DNA of 63,778 nt, the filler included, from Octopus bimaculoides (Eukaryota): NCBI RefSeq assembly GCF_001194135.2. It is 4 parts of 3 records of this genome, joined end to end, with 100 filler letters (N's around TTAATTAATTAA, not from the genome) between each part and the next. Parts side by side here need not be neighbours in the genome. Positions count along the whole stretch, not along the records: positions 27,291 to 50,357 come from NC_069007.1; positions 50,458 to 63,778 come from NC_068986.1; 2 more parts are not named here. One strand, written 5' to 3'. A program made the position numbers and the translations under genes. Positions within the stretch are counted from its first letter, which is position 1. The number at the start of each line of letters is the position of its first letter. Under the pieces are notes generated by a model. It ran no database searches. It was not told where the DNA came from and worked only from the letters and a program-made list of their open reading frames with translations. This document shows, piece after piece, positions 38,901 to 50,600 of the stretch.

Positions 38901-41900
38901 AGAACTTTTGGAGTTGGTATGATCAGCTAAAATCCTTGAAAGTGATGCTCCAGTATGACCACAATCCGGTAACCAAAACAAGTAAAAGAAGGCTAGATGA
39001 ATGAATTAATCTCAGTATATCATTGATATCCAATAAGGACACAAGACTAAACATTTTGGGAGAAAGCATTCTCCATTAAACTAAGTCCATTATATGACTG
39101 GTACTTTAACTGTATCAATCCCAGAAGGAAGAAAGGCTTTGGGGTTTGAAATCAGAATGCAAAGAGATGTAACTAAATTCTATGAGACCTGCCCAACACA
39201 ACAGAATTGAGATTCTAAAACCAAGGTGCCACATAAAAAGCATTGGTGTGGGTGCTGGTACCACGTAAAAAACACTGGTACTGATGCCCCATGAACTAGT
39301 GATGGTGTTATGTAAAAAGCACCCAGTACACTCTGTAAAGTGGTTGGCGTTAGGAAGGGCATCCAGCCATAGAAAGTAGAAGTGCATGGCTTAGTGGTTA
39401 GGGCATTGGACTCATGGTTGTGGTTTCAATTCCTGGACCAGACAACATATTGTGTTCTTGAGCAAAACACTTCATTTCCCGTTGCTTCAGTTCAATAAGC
39501 TGGCACAAAGAAGTAATCCTGTGATGGACTGGTGTCCCATCCAGGAGGGGAATTTATATAACATCGAGACTGGGAAACTGGCCCTTATGAGTCAACACAA
39601 CTCAAGGGTTTTTTTTTTACCAGCCATAGAAACCAAGCCAAAACAGACTATGGGACCTGGGGTGGCCCTTGGCCTTTCCAGTTCCTGTCCGGCCACCCAA
39701 TCCATGCCAGCATGGAAAATGGACATTAAATGGTGATGATGATGATTTTGACTGATACTCTAATGATTCTACCAATCCACAGAATTCAGTACACAATACA
39801 CTCAGATATGGATAACTGAAGTTCTAGTAATTATCTCTGATACCTCTACAATGTTTTAGCACATGTAGAAAACAATTAAGAAAGCGAGTGAAAATGAAGA
39901 AAAGAGTGCTCATAGGCATCATATTTAGCTCAGAGAAAGGGACAGTATTAGAAACAAATGATATGCTAGGTCCATCATGGTTATACCAAACCTACCTCTG
40001 TCTCCAGTCTCTTCATAGTAATCATAAGAAACTACAGAAATGGGGTGCTCTGTGTACCATCACAGCAGGTGCAAAAGACCAGCTTGACAATGAAACAAAA
40101 ATAAGTGGAAACGAAAGACAATTCTAGATACTACAATGCTTTCTTTCACACAATCAGGTATATCTACAAACACAAGAACACTACTACAATACCATCCTAG
40201 AACAGTGCCTGGTAAATCCATTACAGGTTATTACCTTGCAAGTTATTACAGTGCAATAGTTATATGAACAGCAATTTCATCACCTGATAATTTCATATGT
40301 TAATTACGTTTCAGACCTATACATCATTGTTCAATTCATTATCATGACAAATATAACAGCAGTAAATTCATCTTGATGCTTATAATCCACAGAGTAAATA
40401 CTCCATAAAACATTATTTGATGTTTTTATTCACAAAATAAATGTCATATTTCTTTAACAAGGAATAAAAAATCTAAAGACAAAAATGTTTAATATCAGTT
40501 TCATTATTTAACACCCATGTTCCATGCTGGTGTGGGTTGGGCAGTTTGACAGGATTTGATGGGCCCAAGAACTGCATTATGCTCCACTGTTTACTTATGA
40601 AAATACATGTTGTTTTCTGGAGATACAACTAATACAGAAGAAAAGAAAAGGCAATATGGCTATTGCAGGAATGAACTTCGATCATAGATAGATCCATCTG
40701 TTCTATCAGATGAACGAAAACAAGAACAGGCATTCAAGAATAGATGAGAAAGTAAAGGGAAACAACATACTTAGATTGTCACACTGCTTTCCAAACAATA
40801 AACAACTGTGTCAGATTGCACGGTATTTACATACACACACACGCACTGCTGATAAAGTGTACAGCATGGCTTCCGATCAGACTGAAGTTTGACCTGTCTT
40901 AGACAGTGAACTCAGAAATTCATTATTATTTCTTTATTGCCCACAAGGGGCTAAACATAGAGGGGACAAACAAGGACAGACAAAGGAATTAAGTCGATTA
41001 CATCGACCCCCAGTGCATAACTGGTACTTAATTTATCTACCCCGAAAGGATGAAATGCAAAGTCGCCCTCGGCGGAATTTGAACAGACGAAATACCGCTA
41101 AGCATTTCGCCCAGCGTGCAAATGATTCTGCCAGCTCGCTGCCTTAGAAATTCATTCTCTTGGACAATGGTTCTTCCAAGTCAATTGTAACTGGACCAAT
41201 TTCTTAACAAGAACAAAAACAGTTATTTTTTTTTTTAACCTATAGGGAAGAAGGGGTAAGCCCTCTAAGAGAGATTAAATTGATGTCATTAATGGTTTTC
41301 TTGAACCTTTGTGAGTTAGTACCTGCATGAAAGACCTGAGCAGAGAAATTCAAGTGAGCAGACATTCTGGGAAGTAAGGACTGGGTGTATTGATTAGTGT
41401 AGGGCTGGGGCAGGGTAGGACAATGAGTGTGAGGGAAGGAGAGGAAAAAAGGATGGAAATACTTGAGTAGGAACGCTATCAAGACAATTGGTCTCGTTAG
41501 TTTGAAGTGATTAAAGGTACTCCTACATTTGGCATATGTGTATATATGGTGGTGGACTCATGGGTGAGAAGGGATAAAACTGGCGGAGAGATACCAAGTG
41601 TGTGGAGTGGGAAGAAAAAGGTAAAGGCTATCTTACCAGGGAGACTAATTACAGTATCATCATTGTTGCGAAATGATGGGGAAGAAGAGTCTGCAAATTT
41701 GGTGGAAATCCTTTTGGCAAAATATCAAAAGGACCAGCTGAAGCTGTGAAGATGGAATATCTAGAGAACTATACAAGGCACTTGCATGATTTGTTGTTCA
41801 AATAATAGTCTTGCAAATATTGTATCCTTGGGTCAAATTCCATCCATTTTGGGGGTTGGGTGAGATTTGCCTGATAACTATGAATGAACTATTTGAAGCA

Positions 41901-44900
41901 CTGAATTTTTTGCATGGTGGGGTATGGGTGGACACACTTAAAACATTAGTTTCAGTCTCTTTCCTAACAGTTACAGAGGGATCAAGAATGAAGTACATGT
42001 GCTGCCAGGCATTTAAGTGGTGGAGATAGTTACAGTTAGGCATAAATTAAGTTTGGAGGTCAACAATAACATCAAGATGAGAACTGTATCCTACTTAAGC
42101 TTGCCTTTAAAAAATACATCAGTGATTAATGTGGATTATCTTTAAATTTGTAACAGAAATATCAACGAGATTTCATAAGGGGGAAATCTAGTATTAGAAA
42201 TACAGTTTATGACTGCAGACTAACAAAATGCTTCTAGATTAGAGAAACTCTCTACATGGCTGGGGCATGCAAGAAATAACAATTAAATCTCTCTCATACC
42301 ACACTATGTACCATCTTCAAATAGCAGACATATTAGAAAATGTATTCCTAAATACACCTGAAAAGATGAAATAGTCATAGTTGGGTTACTTCAATCATTA
42401 CTCATTGTTTTTGCCATTTTTCTTCAACTTGTAAGTCCCTATTTAACTCAAAGCAAATCAGCTGGCAAGAGACAGCTGTTTTATTTGAGTAACAGGACAC
42501 ATACTCAAATAAAACGTCTCTCCATGTGGCATCTGAGATTCTAATGACTCGACCAATTCTGAGGCACTTCCGAGTTATCAGCAATTTATAGGGACACATT
42601 AAAATAAAGCAATATTGACATTAGTTGTCTGTTTCAATTTAGAAAGCAATATAGGAGCATAGTTGTCCTATGTATGTTCTACAATTTGGACAGTTTTCTT
42701 AAAATTTCATTTCACTGAATGTTTACTGTCAAAAGAGACAACAGCTGTCTTAATTGATTTGTCAGGTTTTTCTTAGTCTAATTAAAATGCAGCTGTTAAA
42801 GTCGCACATATGTACATTGATTATTAAGCCATTATTACCAATGATGTAGAGATATTGTGTTTCTTCAGAGAGAAGTCTTCTTAGCCTAATATTTGAAATT
42901 ATCTTTTAGCGAAGTAGTTTAAGGGTATATTTATGTGTATGTTACAGCAGATATGGCTGAATGGTTCAAAAGTTCAGTTTACAATCATGAGGTCCTGGGT
43001 TCAATTGTGTGTGAAAAAAAGGGCATTTCAAAACTGAACAGAATTCACTAGTTCTGTGCCATGTTTTTGACAGTTCTATCTTTGAAGAATTAACTGTTGA
43101 TCAAGTAAATTGAATGTTTGCACATTCAATACTTCTTGAAAGGAATTTATCCAAATGTTTTAGGGGTTCTTGTTTTTTTTTTCTTTTTGTCTATTTAAAA
43201 AGATACTAAAATCTCAAAAATAATTCCATTTTCCCTTGATGAACTACAAATGAATATGATGGCAGCTCTTTAAAATATGTTTTTCGTAAAGGGTAATGGT
43301 AAAAGTAATGATAAAGGATAAAGACCCTCTTCAGTAATGATCAACCATGGGACTGCTCCAAGAAAGATTCCCTCTGAGGCAAAAGTCTGCACAAAGTTGT
43401 TTGTGGAAGACCAGCAGTCACCCATGCATACCAATCTTCCCTCTCCATGCCACTGATGTCATCCAAGGGAAAGGCAAAGGTCAATACAACTTGGCACCAA
43501 TGACATCACAGCTCATTTCTATGCTTGAGTGAACTGAAGCAATGTGAAATAAAATATCTTTCTCAAAAACACAACACAGAACCTCATCCAGGAATCGAAC
43601 TTACAACCACACAATTGCAAATCCAATGCTCTAACCACTGAGCCATGTGTTTCTTTTGTAAGACACCATAAAATAAATAATACTCATTTGCCAATGTATG
43701 TTGTTTCCGCACACATTAACATTTTTCCACTGATACAAACCCATTTTTTTTTACTTCAGTGTATGACCCTTCCCTTGGCTCCTGGTGACAACAAATATCC
43801 TGAATTGCTTAAAAAATGTCAACTATTAGCGGAAAATCCCTTTCAAGCTTGTCACGATAAAGTAAGTGTTTAATCTTTTTTTTTAACTTTGCCTCTTATT
43901 TCAGATCCCATGATTCAACAAAATTATCCAAAACAAAACGAAAAAAAGAAAAAGAAATTCTCCCACCCTTGTCCTTCCTGTCATTTGTTTCAGAATAGTA
44001 CATATCATAAAACCATTTGTGTCCTTCTCTTAAATTGGTAGGGTGTAATTTGAGGGAGATTTACTGGTATTTCTAGCAGGTCAAGTGATCCTGTATATGT
44101 ACTCCATTATGTAATATAACACTACATAATGAAAATATGGCTAACAACAGAGATGTCAAGAAGTAGAACAGAAAGAAGAAAAAACCTGATTTCCCCCAAT
44201 ATTTAAATAGTTATTACTGAGATAGAAAAGATTGCAGTTTAGAGAAAAAGAAAATGAGAGACTAAGAAAGCAATTTCCAAAAATGATTAATTAATGGCTG
44301 TATAATTTAGTGACAGTCCTTCACTGCACCAGTTTTACTTTACTTACAGTAGGAATGCTTTTGAGAAAACGTAAATATCATTTGGTCTTAAATATTTCCT
44401 TAATTCATAATGTTGAAACATTATGTTTATGTAAAGAATCAATATTTATTGTTATCTGATGAGGGGAGCATAGAAAGTAGAACTTAAATTAAAGGAAGTA
44501 TTTATTAGGGTTCAGTTTGTATTAAAGAAAACAGATGCCATCAAGTAGATGGCCCTACTTGATCTGTAGGAAAGGCTTAGGTAAAAAGTCCATAAGATGT
44601 ACCCAGTGCAAGCTATGGAAACACAAGGGGTGCAATATCAGAAGAAGGTTAACTGGGAAAATAGTTTTTGTGTGTGGAAGGTGCACAAGTACAATAAACA
44701 CTAAAAATGTACAGAAAATAGACTCCATCAAATGCCAGTGGAGTAAACTAGAGTTGTTATGCAGTATTCCTCCAGTCCACTCAGCTGGCAAAAGTGAGTT
44801 GTACCTGTAATTCACAAGGGCCAGCCTTATTTTAAATAAAATTTAACCTTGGTATCGTCTTTATTTTTCTTATGATAAGATGATGTGAAGACTATTTTAC

Positions 44901-47900
44901 AATAGTAAAGCGTTAATATTTTAATTTTCAAGTAAAAAAGTAGATATTTGACATTTTACTTTAGATCTTTCTCTAATTCAAAATAAGTTTTACATTAAGA
45001 ACTTGGAAAAACAATTTAAAATTTTAATTTCCAAAATCTTCTTTCGCAGGTTGACCCCCTTAGATGGATCCAGTTATGTGATACAGGAAGTTCTCGAGCC
45101 AATTCTTTCAAGGAAGCTTCAGAAATTGTATGCAATATTCTAGCTTCTTACTCTCGAGAATGTAGTGCAGAAAAGAAAAAAATTCTTTGGAGAAAGAAAG
45201 CAAATTGCAGTGAGTATATATAAAAATCAAGAATGCATATTTAACTAATCTCTTTAAATTCAGCAATTTTGGCTTCAGTATATTCCAGAAAGAAATTAGC
45301 ATAATTGGGGCTAGTTCTAGTCTTGCTAGAAGCAAATATAATCTGTAGATACACTTTTCAGAGAAGAAAATCAGTTTAGAATGAGAAGTTCACCTAGACA
45401 AAAATATAATCCTAACCCTAATGAAATATTGTACAGGTGATAGTAATTTGTTTTTTTGTTTTAGTTGTATTTGAAAAAAGGTACATAGCTCATGATCCTT
45501 GCAGAGCCCTCTAACAATGAGACTGATGCCATTAACATTCCATTTAAAGCATTGGAGATCAATAAAGATCAATACCTGCGGTAAAAAGGGCAGGGAGAAT
45601 ATTTCACAGAAATGGTGTTGTAGGGGGAAAAGGAATGGATATAATGGTTGGTGTGAAGCTGAGGGGATGGACACACCAAGAGGTGGAAAAATGAGGGAAA
45701 CTGGGGTGCCTGAGTGGTATAAATATGAGACAAACCAGCTCTGATAAACAGGGGTCATTATAGTAGTGATAGGTAAGGTAGATTGAAGTGATGGCTTGCC
45801 TAAGGGCCAAAGGTTATTGCAGTCTATGAGGTTTGTATGCATATTCACATCACAGATGTGAGAGCAATATTCCAATGTGGATCTCACTCTACAATAAGAG
45901 TGTCAGTAGCTGTTCGGGTCTGAAATATTTTTCTGGCCTTGAAGCAAAGGTCCAGTCCTTGGGATGGAATCCTTGCTACACAAAGCAAGGGCTTTCATCA
46001 GAAGAGATCCTCTGTAATGGTGAGGCCCAGCATTTGAAATAATTGTAAGGCAACACTGCATCTTAATACCATTAATATTTAGTGGCGGTAAGGAGGCAAG
46101 CTGGCAGAAACCTTAGCTTGCCAGGACAAAATGCTGCTAAGCATTTTGTCCATCTTTACATTCTGAGTTCAAATTCTGCCAAAATTTGGTACAAGGCCAG
46201 CAATTTTAGGGGAGTGGGTAAGTTGATTACATCGGCTTCGGTACTCAACTGGTGCTTATTTTATCAATCCCAGAAGGAGAAGAGGCAAAGTTGACTATAG
46301 CAGTATTTGAACTCAGAACATAAAGACAAATGAAATACCACAAAGAATTTTGTCTAGCGTGCTAATGCCAACTTGTTACCTTATTTGTGACTAATATTGC
46401 TGCAGAAAAAGACTGACCATTGCTGTTTGTTTTGTATCCAATTCCACATTGCATATACTAGGCAAATCATATCCAAGACTATCCTTCTTTTCCAGTGGAC
46501 AAGAATTGGAGGCCGAGTTGTTAATATATCCAGCCAATATTATATTTGTAAAAGCATTTTAAAAAATATATATTTAAATAATTCAATTTTCACTGTTCAT
46601 TAATTACCAAACTTTTTTTTTTTTTTGTTTGCTTTTAAAACAGTAAAAACATGTCCATCTGGCATGGAATATGATGAATGCACCAGTGCTTGTCCTGCAT
46701 CTTGTCATACCATTAATATGACATCATCTGAATGTGATTTCTCTTGTGTACCAACATGTCGCTGCAAACACAATCTTTTCTATGAAGATGGGAAATGTAT
46801 TACACAAAAGAAATGCCCTTGTGAATATCAGAATTATAAATACAAGTCTGGAGCAACTGTTAGAATGCTATGTAACAAATGGTTGGTTTAATCATTCAAT
46901 TGTTTTCTTACATTAATTTGCATTGATTTACAGTTATTAACAATTATCAGTAAACATTTAAGTTATTCTACAATGAAATACCTTATATGTATACTTTATG
47001 TACTACAGGTGTGGTTAAGGTTATATCACAAAAACATTTTGTTTCTCAACCACATGATTCCGTGTTCTATTCCATTGTCTATCACATTAGCTTTCATCAT
47101 CTTCATTTAACATCCATTTTCCAATGCTGGCATGGGTTGGACAGTTTGACTGAAAACTGTTAAACTAGGGAGTTGCACCAGGTTCCAATCTGATTTGGTA
47201 TGATTTCTATAGCTGGATTCCCTTCCTAATGCCTACCACTCCAAAGGTGTAGTGGCTTTTTATAGATGTTTTCGATCTAGTTTGGATTCTTTGCCATAAA
47301 ATTTGAATTCTTTGCAATCAAATTTGATTTGGATAAATCAATTTTAATTTTGGATAAGTCAATTTTAATCTTGACCCTTCTCGTTAGATTAATTTCTTGC
47401 TACTTCTTACTATTTCAAAGTCCACAGGTACTTTCTTGACTTCCAGTTGGTTCACAGTAGCTGTTATATTCTCTCGACCTGTTACTGAAGCATAGTTCCT
47501 GACATGTGTTTGCAGCACTTCCATTGCTTACTGCTATTCTCACCCCTACTGAGGGAGAAAACAAAAACAAACAATACAACAATCAATCAACAAAGGTTTA
47601 ACAACTCCAACAACAGGCAGCCCCGCTAGGGAGGACCTTCAACAAAGGACAACTTATCCACAACAATAATAATTCAACTCTGGACTGCCAAAACCCACAT
47701 TCTATTTATAAGACTCATTCAGTCCACTGAGTCATCTACAGGTGTGTCAGCTCACTACAAGACGGATGTTTTAAAGTTTCTCAGGTGATATACATACATA
47801 CAGCAAGGATGTCTTAAAAGAATATTTTTGATAAATGTGTTTTTTTACTTTTCTTTTTATTTTTACTCATAGGGTTCCTAATCCTCAAGATTTTTCCTCA

Positions 47901-48623
47901 GCAATTTTTGATTTTTATTGGTTAAATATTAAATGTTATTTTTATATTTTCAGCACATGTTGCAAGGGTGTATGGGACTGCGAAAAGAAAAAATGCCCTG
48001 CAGTGTGTACTATTTATGGAAGATCTACAATTGTTACATTTGATGGACAACAATATAAATTAGAGCCTCAAGCTTGTGTCTATTCTTTAGTTGAGGTAAA
48101 TTTTCCATTAAATTTCTCATAAATCTGTTGTCCAAATCTTGCTAACATAGAAAGCAGACTTTGTATGTGGTATTTGTATTGTACATGTTTAAGTATATAT
48201 ATTTATTATGCACCAACGCACACAATGTTTATTATACACTTAGACATACGTGTTTGTGTGCTCATGTATTGGCAAATATATATAATAAAAGAAATATGTA
48301 TTGCTATATTTCAGCCACATGACAAGTCTGTTTCTTTGAAAATTATGCTACATTTTGGTCCATGTAAGAGTATCTGGAGAGAGGGTTACAACTGTACATC
48401 TGGTATCACTCTGGAAAGCAATGATTTCTTTCTTACCATCAGCAATAAAAATGTCTTAGCAAATGGTAGGGAAATTCAACAACTTCCATACAATTCAAGA
48501 GATGTAACTGTCAAGAGAGCAACTTCTTCCTTTTATCTTATAGAAGGGAGTGGATTTCGAATTCTCTATAATGAAAACAGACAAATATATATTAAATTGG
48601 ATTTGGAGCCTTTTAAAGGAAAG
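25456..48623 (+). CDS. SSPO-like: SCO-spondin-like secreted glycoprotein, 5' part of a multi-exon gene (SP-EMI-EGF-TB-like-vWD1-C8-TIL-vWC-vWD2); 13 exons traced, ~634 aa, 3' end not found
   Basis: Exons 25456-25534, <27291-27348, 29662-29766, 31921-32085, 33357-33544, 35356-35458, 36247-36414, 38671-38756, 43760-43861, 45050-45209, 46644-46881, 47954-48095, 48315-48623. All visible boundaries are GT/AG. Phases match across the 11 junctions from 27348 onward, giving one open frame with [18 protein letters not shown] and a 10-Cys TIL. The family name rests on domain order recalled from SSPO, not on a search. Confidence 0.88.
25775..26162 (-). mobile_element. tRNA-derived SINE family C, full length, 13-bp TSD
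   Basis: Head with A/B boxes, (CAA)n tail, TSD tccgtttctcaat at 25762-25774 and 26163-26175. Confidence 0.9.
26605..26883. repeat. Degenerate (GTN)n trinucleotide tract; similar tract at 14840-15105
   Basis: Gives spurious poly-Thr/Val/His ORFs. Confidence 0.85.
26885..27190 (+). mobile_element. SINE family C, truncated by a gap
   Basis: tggaggcgcaatggcccagttgttagggcagcggactcgcgg… head, near-identical to the other copies. Confidence 0.9.
27191..27290. other. Artificial 100-bp scaffold linker N44-TTAATTAATTAA-N44; identical linkers at 13703-13802 and 50358-50457
   Basis: Identical structure three times; the 12-mer places stop codons in all six frames. Confidence 0.93.
27291..27348 (+). CDS. 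SSPO-like: SSPO-like exon (5' end lost in gap): end of EMI-like domain [19 protein letters not shown]
   Basis: CCxGWxGxxC motif typical of EMI C-termini; phase-1 donor C|GTAAGT joins 29662 to give CNE-P-ICNPPC. Confidence 0.85.
28836..29220 (+). mobile_element. SINE family C, full length
   Basis: Same head, body and tail; imperfect TSD acagctaataca / acagttaataga. Confidence 0.9.
29662..29766 (+). CDS. SSPO-like: SSPO-like exon: EGF domain [34 protein letters not shown]
   Basis: Acceptor tttcatttcAG; 6-Cys EGF spacing; 105 nt, phase 1-1; donor GTAAGT. Confidence 0.93.
30255..30297 (-). ncRNA. Minimal type I hammerhead ribozyme motif in a Penelope-like terminal repeat
   Basis: UUCAGG-CUGAUGA-CGAG(caaaga)CUCA-GAAA-CAUG-UC/-CCUGAA: perfect 6-bp stem I, palindromic ACAUGU helix III, C-A mismatch at the base of stem II. 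Confidence 0.7.
30830..31185 (-). mobile_element. 3' end of a HERO-like RLE non-LTR retrotransposon
   Basis: [46 protein letters not shown] (one frameshift) resembles the HERO C-terminus; followed by 3' UTR. Confidence 0.65.
31921..32085 (+). CDS. SSPO-like: SSPO-like exon: TB/8-Cys-like module [55 protein letters not shown]
   Basis: Acceptor tttttttcAG; 165 nt, phase 1-1; donor GTAAGT; CF..C..C..ECC..GSWG..C..C pattern. Confidence 0.9.
33357..33544 (+). CDS. SSPO-like: SSPO-like exon: start of vWD1 ([30 protein letters not shown]...CRK)
   Basis: tttcAG acceptor, GTCAGT donor, phase 1-0; canonical C..GQY..TFDG.YY.F.GNCSY vWD start. Confidence 0.94.
35356..35458 (+). CDS. SSPO-like: SSPO-like exon: vWD1 middle [34 protein letters not shown]
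   Basis: ttttAG acceptor, GTAAGT donor, phase 0-1 bridging the flanking vWD exons; beta-strand-like sequence. Confidence 0.85.
36073..36118 (+). ncRNA. Hammerhead ribozyme motif, partly degenerate
   Basis: GACAC-CUGAUGA-A-GGCUG(10 nt)CAGCC-GAAA-UG-UU-GUGGU: perfect stem II; helix III ACGU appears mutated to AUGU; one stem I mismatch. Confidence 0.55.
36247..36414 (+). CDS. SSPO-like: SSPO-like exon: vWD1 C-terminal part ending [15 protein letters not shown]
   Basis: GLCGNYNGN vWD signature; phase 1-1; GTGAGT donor. Confidence 0.92.
37057..37437 (+). mobile_element. SINE family C, full length
   Basis: Same head, body and (CAA)n tail. Confidence 0.9.
38671..38756 (+). CDS. SSPO-like: SSPO-like exon: [29 protein letters not shown] (vWD1 end)
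   Basis: Strong pyrimidine tract plus cAG; NDDF..P...F..S.. pattern that follows GLCGN; phase 1-0. Confidence 0.9.
41200..42100 (-). mobile_element. CR1 LINE fragment, internally deleted
   Basis: EN-RT linker-like ..[24 protein letters not shown].. joined to C-terminal [19 protein letters not shown]…[10 protein letters not shown]. Confidence 0.55.
43760..43861 (+). CDS. SSPO-like: SSPO-like exon: linker/C8 start [34 protein letters not shown]
   Basis: C..L...PF.ACH C8 motif; 102 nt, phase 0-0; GTAAGT donor. Confidence 0.92.
44535..44760 (+). mobile_element. RTE-type LINE fragment with Cys-rich finger
   Basis: [42 protein letters not shown]. Confidence 0.65.
45050..45209 (+). CDS. SSPO-like: SSPO-like exon: C8 domain [10 protein letters not shown]...[27 protein letters not shown]
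   Basis: VDP..C..C..L.SY.REC....WR....C pattern; phase 0-1; GTGAGT donor. Confidence 0.92.
45800..46050 (-). mobile_element. CR1 RT-thumb fragment
   Basis: [34 protein letters not shown]. Confidence 0.7.
46644..46881 (+). CDS. SSPO-like: SSPO-like exon: TIL domain (10 Cys) plus start of vWC/E module
   Basis: [18 protein letters not shown]...CVPTCRC...C...CPC; lies within ORF 46625..46891; phase 1-2. Confidence 0.95.
47954..48095 (+). CDS. SSPO-like: SSPO-like exon: vWC/E end and vWD2 start [35 protein letters not shown]...LVE
   Basis: Phase-2 join TG|C restores Cys; TFDG motif; donor GTAAAT. Confidence 0.95.
48315..48623 (+). CDS. SSPO-like: SSPO-like exon: vWD2 body PHDKSV...LDLEPFKGK
   Basis: 309 nt, phase 0-0, tttcAG acceptor and GTATGT donor; ends where the xCGLCGN exon is expected next. 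Confidence 0.93.
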
Positions 48624-48810
48624 GTATGTGCTAATATTGTTACTGTTTTTGTGATAAAACTTTAGGATAAAAATTTTGATCCCAGGACTTATTCTTTGTA
48701 AGCCTAGAACTTATTCTATTGGTCTCTTTTTGCCGAACCACTAAGTTACGGGGACGTAAACACACCAGCATCAGTTGTCAAGCGAAGTTGGGGAGACAAA
48801 CACACACACT

Positions 48811-48886
<76 letters not shown>

Positions 48887-49536
48887 TACGACGGGCTTCT
48901 TTCAGCTTCCGTCTAACAAATCCCCTCACAAGGCATTGGTCGGCCCAAGGCTATAGTAGAAGAGACTTGGCCAAGGTGTCACGTAGTGTGAAGCTTTTGC
49001 ATTGATTTTCCTAGTCTCCCTCATTCCCACTGGTATTTGGCATTCATGATTGTCTGGAATTGATAAAACATGCCCATAATACATTTTGCTCTTCCCATCT
49101 TTATTCACACTCAAAATTAGTCCATTGCATGAAATAAAAAGTGAAATTGACTGGCATGTCAATACCCTGACTATCATTTATGGTTGGAAAAATATCATAA
49201 TAATTATATAGTCATATATAATTACTAGCAGACATACCCGGCATTGCTTGGGATTAAATGGTATTTTTTTTTTTTATTGTTTTACTTGTTTCAGTCATGT
49301 GGCTACGGATATGCTGCAGCACCACCTTTAGTCAAACAAATCAACCCCAGGATTTATTCTTTGTAAGATACTTATTTTATCGGTGTCTTTTGCTGAACTG
49401 CTAAGTTACAGAGATGTAAACACAGCAACAGCAGTTGTCAAGCGATGGTGGTGGGGACAAACACAGATACACACACAAATATACACATATATACGACAGC
49501 CTTCTTTTAGTTTCCATGTACAAAAGAAGCCCGTCG

Positions 49537-49579
<43 letters not shown>

Positions 49580-50565
49580 ATGCTTGTATGTCTGTGTTTG
49601 TCCCCCCAGCATCGCTTGACAACCGATGCTGGTTTGGCAAAAGAGACCGATAGAATAAGTACTAGGCTTACAAAGAATAAGTCCCGAGGTCGATTTGCTC
49701 GACTAAAGTCGGTGCTCTAGCATGGCCGCAGTCAAATGACTGAAACAAGTAAAAGAGTATTTAATTCTATTTAAAATTTTATTTTATAAATATTTTTATT
49801 TAGAAATGATCCAATTATAAATCTCACACATATATGATTCCCTTAATGGGTCTGTCACATTAAGTTGACAGTAAACAACTGCTTTACCGTAACACTGTTG
49901 CTTATGTCTCTCTGTGAGATTTATAATTGGATCATTTCTAATTTTGTAACCAGTGAATGTGTTTTCACTGAAAATATATATATCTGTGAAGGCTAGACAG
50001 GTTTTCTCAGCCGGCAATCTACTTCCGGCTCGTCGTACTGATTTGAATTGCTTCTGCCTAGTTTAGTGAGTTGTTTCTGTCCTTTTTGTTGCTGTTTGGT
50101 GTGATTTTTGTCAAGTTTCAACTGTTGTTCCTGTGGAATTGCGCCCTGCGGGGCAAAAATTTTCTTTTTTGCTGCTCTCTTTTAGAGAGATAGCAAACTA
50201 CCATCGTGTAAAACGAAAACTTTTTCAATATGGATAATGAAATGACCTTTCTACTGTGTGATGAGGATTTTCCTCTTTTACAAGAAGAAATTTGTTTTAA
50301 TAATACACGTGTATTTCAAGTAGACCCAGAAGTAACCAAGGAAGAGAAAAAGGCCAGNNNNNNNNNNNNNNNNNNNNNNNNNNNNNNNNNNNNNNNNNNN
50401 NTTAATTAATTAANNNNNNNNNNNNNNNNNNNNNNNNNNNNNNNNNNNNNNNNNNNNTATATATATTAAATCCCAAAAAGAAGAACAGACACAAAAATAA
50501 ACAACAACGCGAGGATGTGGTACATGTAAGGCATTAGCAGACGCTCGGGGAAGGAAAGAAAGATG

Positions 50566-50600
50566 GTTTAACGTTTCGAGCAGACGCTCTTCTTCGGAAA
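50566..50600 (-). ncRNA. Degenerate hammerhead motif (U4 to C) in a dispersed repeat
   Basis: UUU-CCGAAGA-A-GAGC(gucu)GCUC-GAAA-CG-UU-AAA. Confidence 0.45.
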
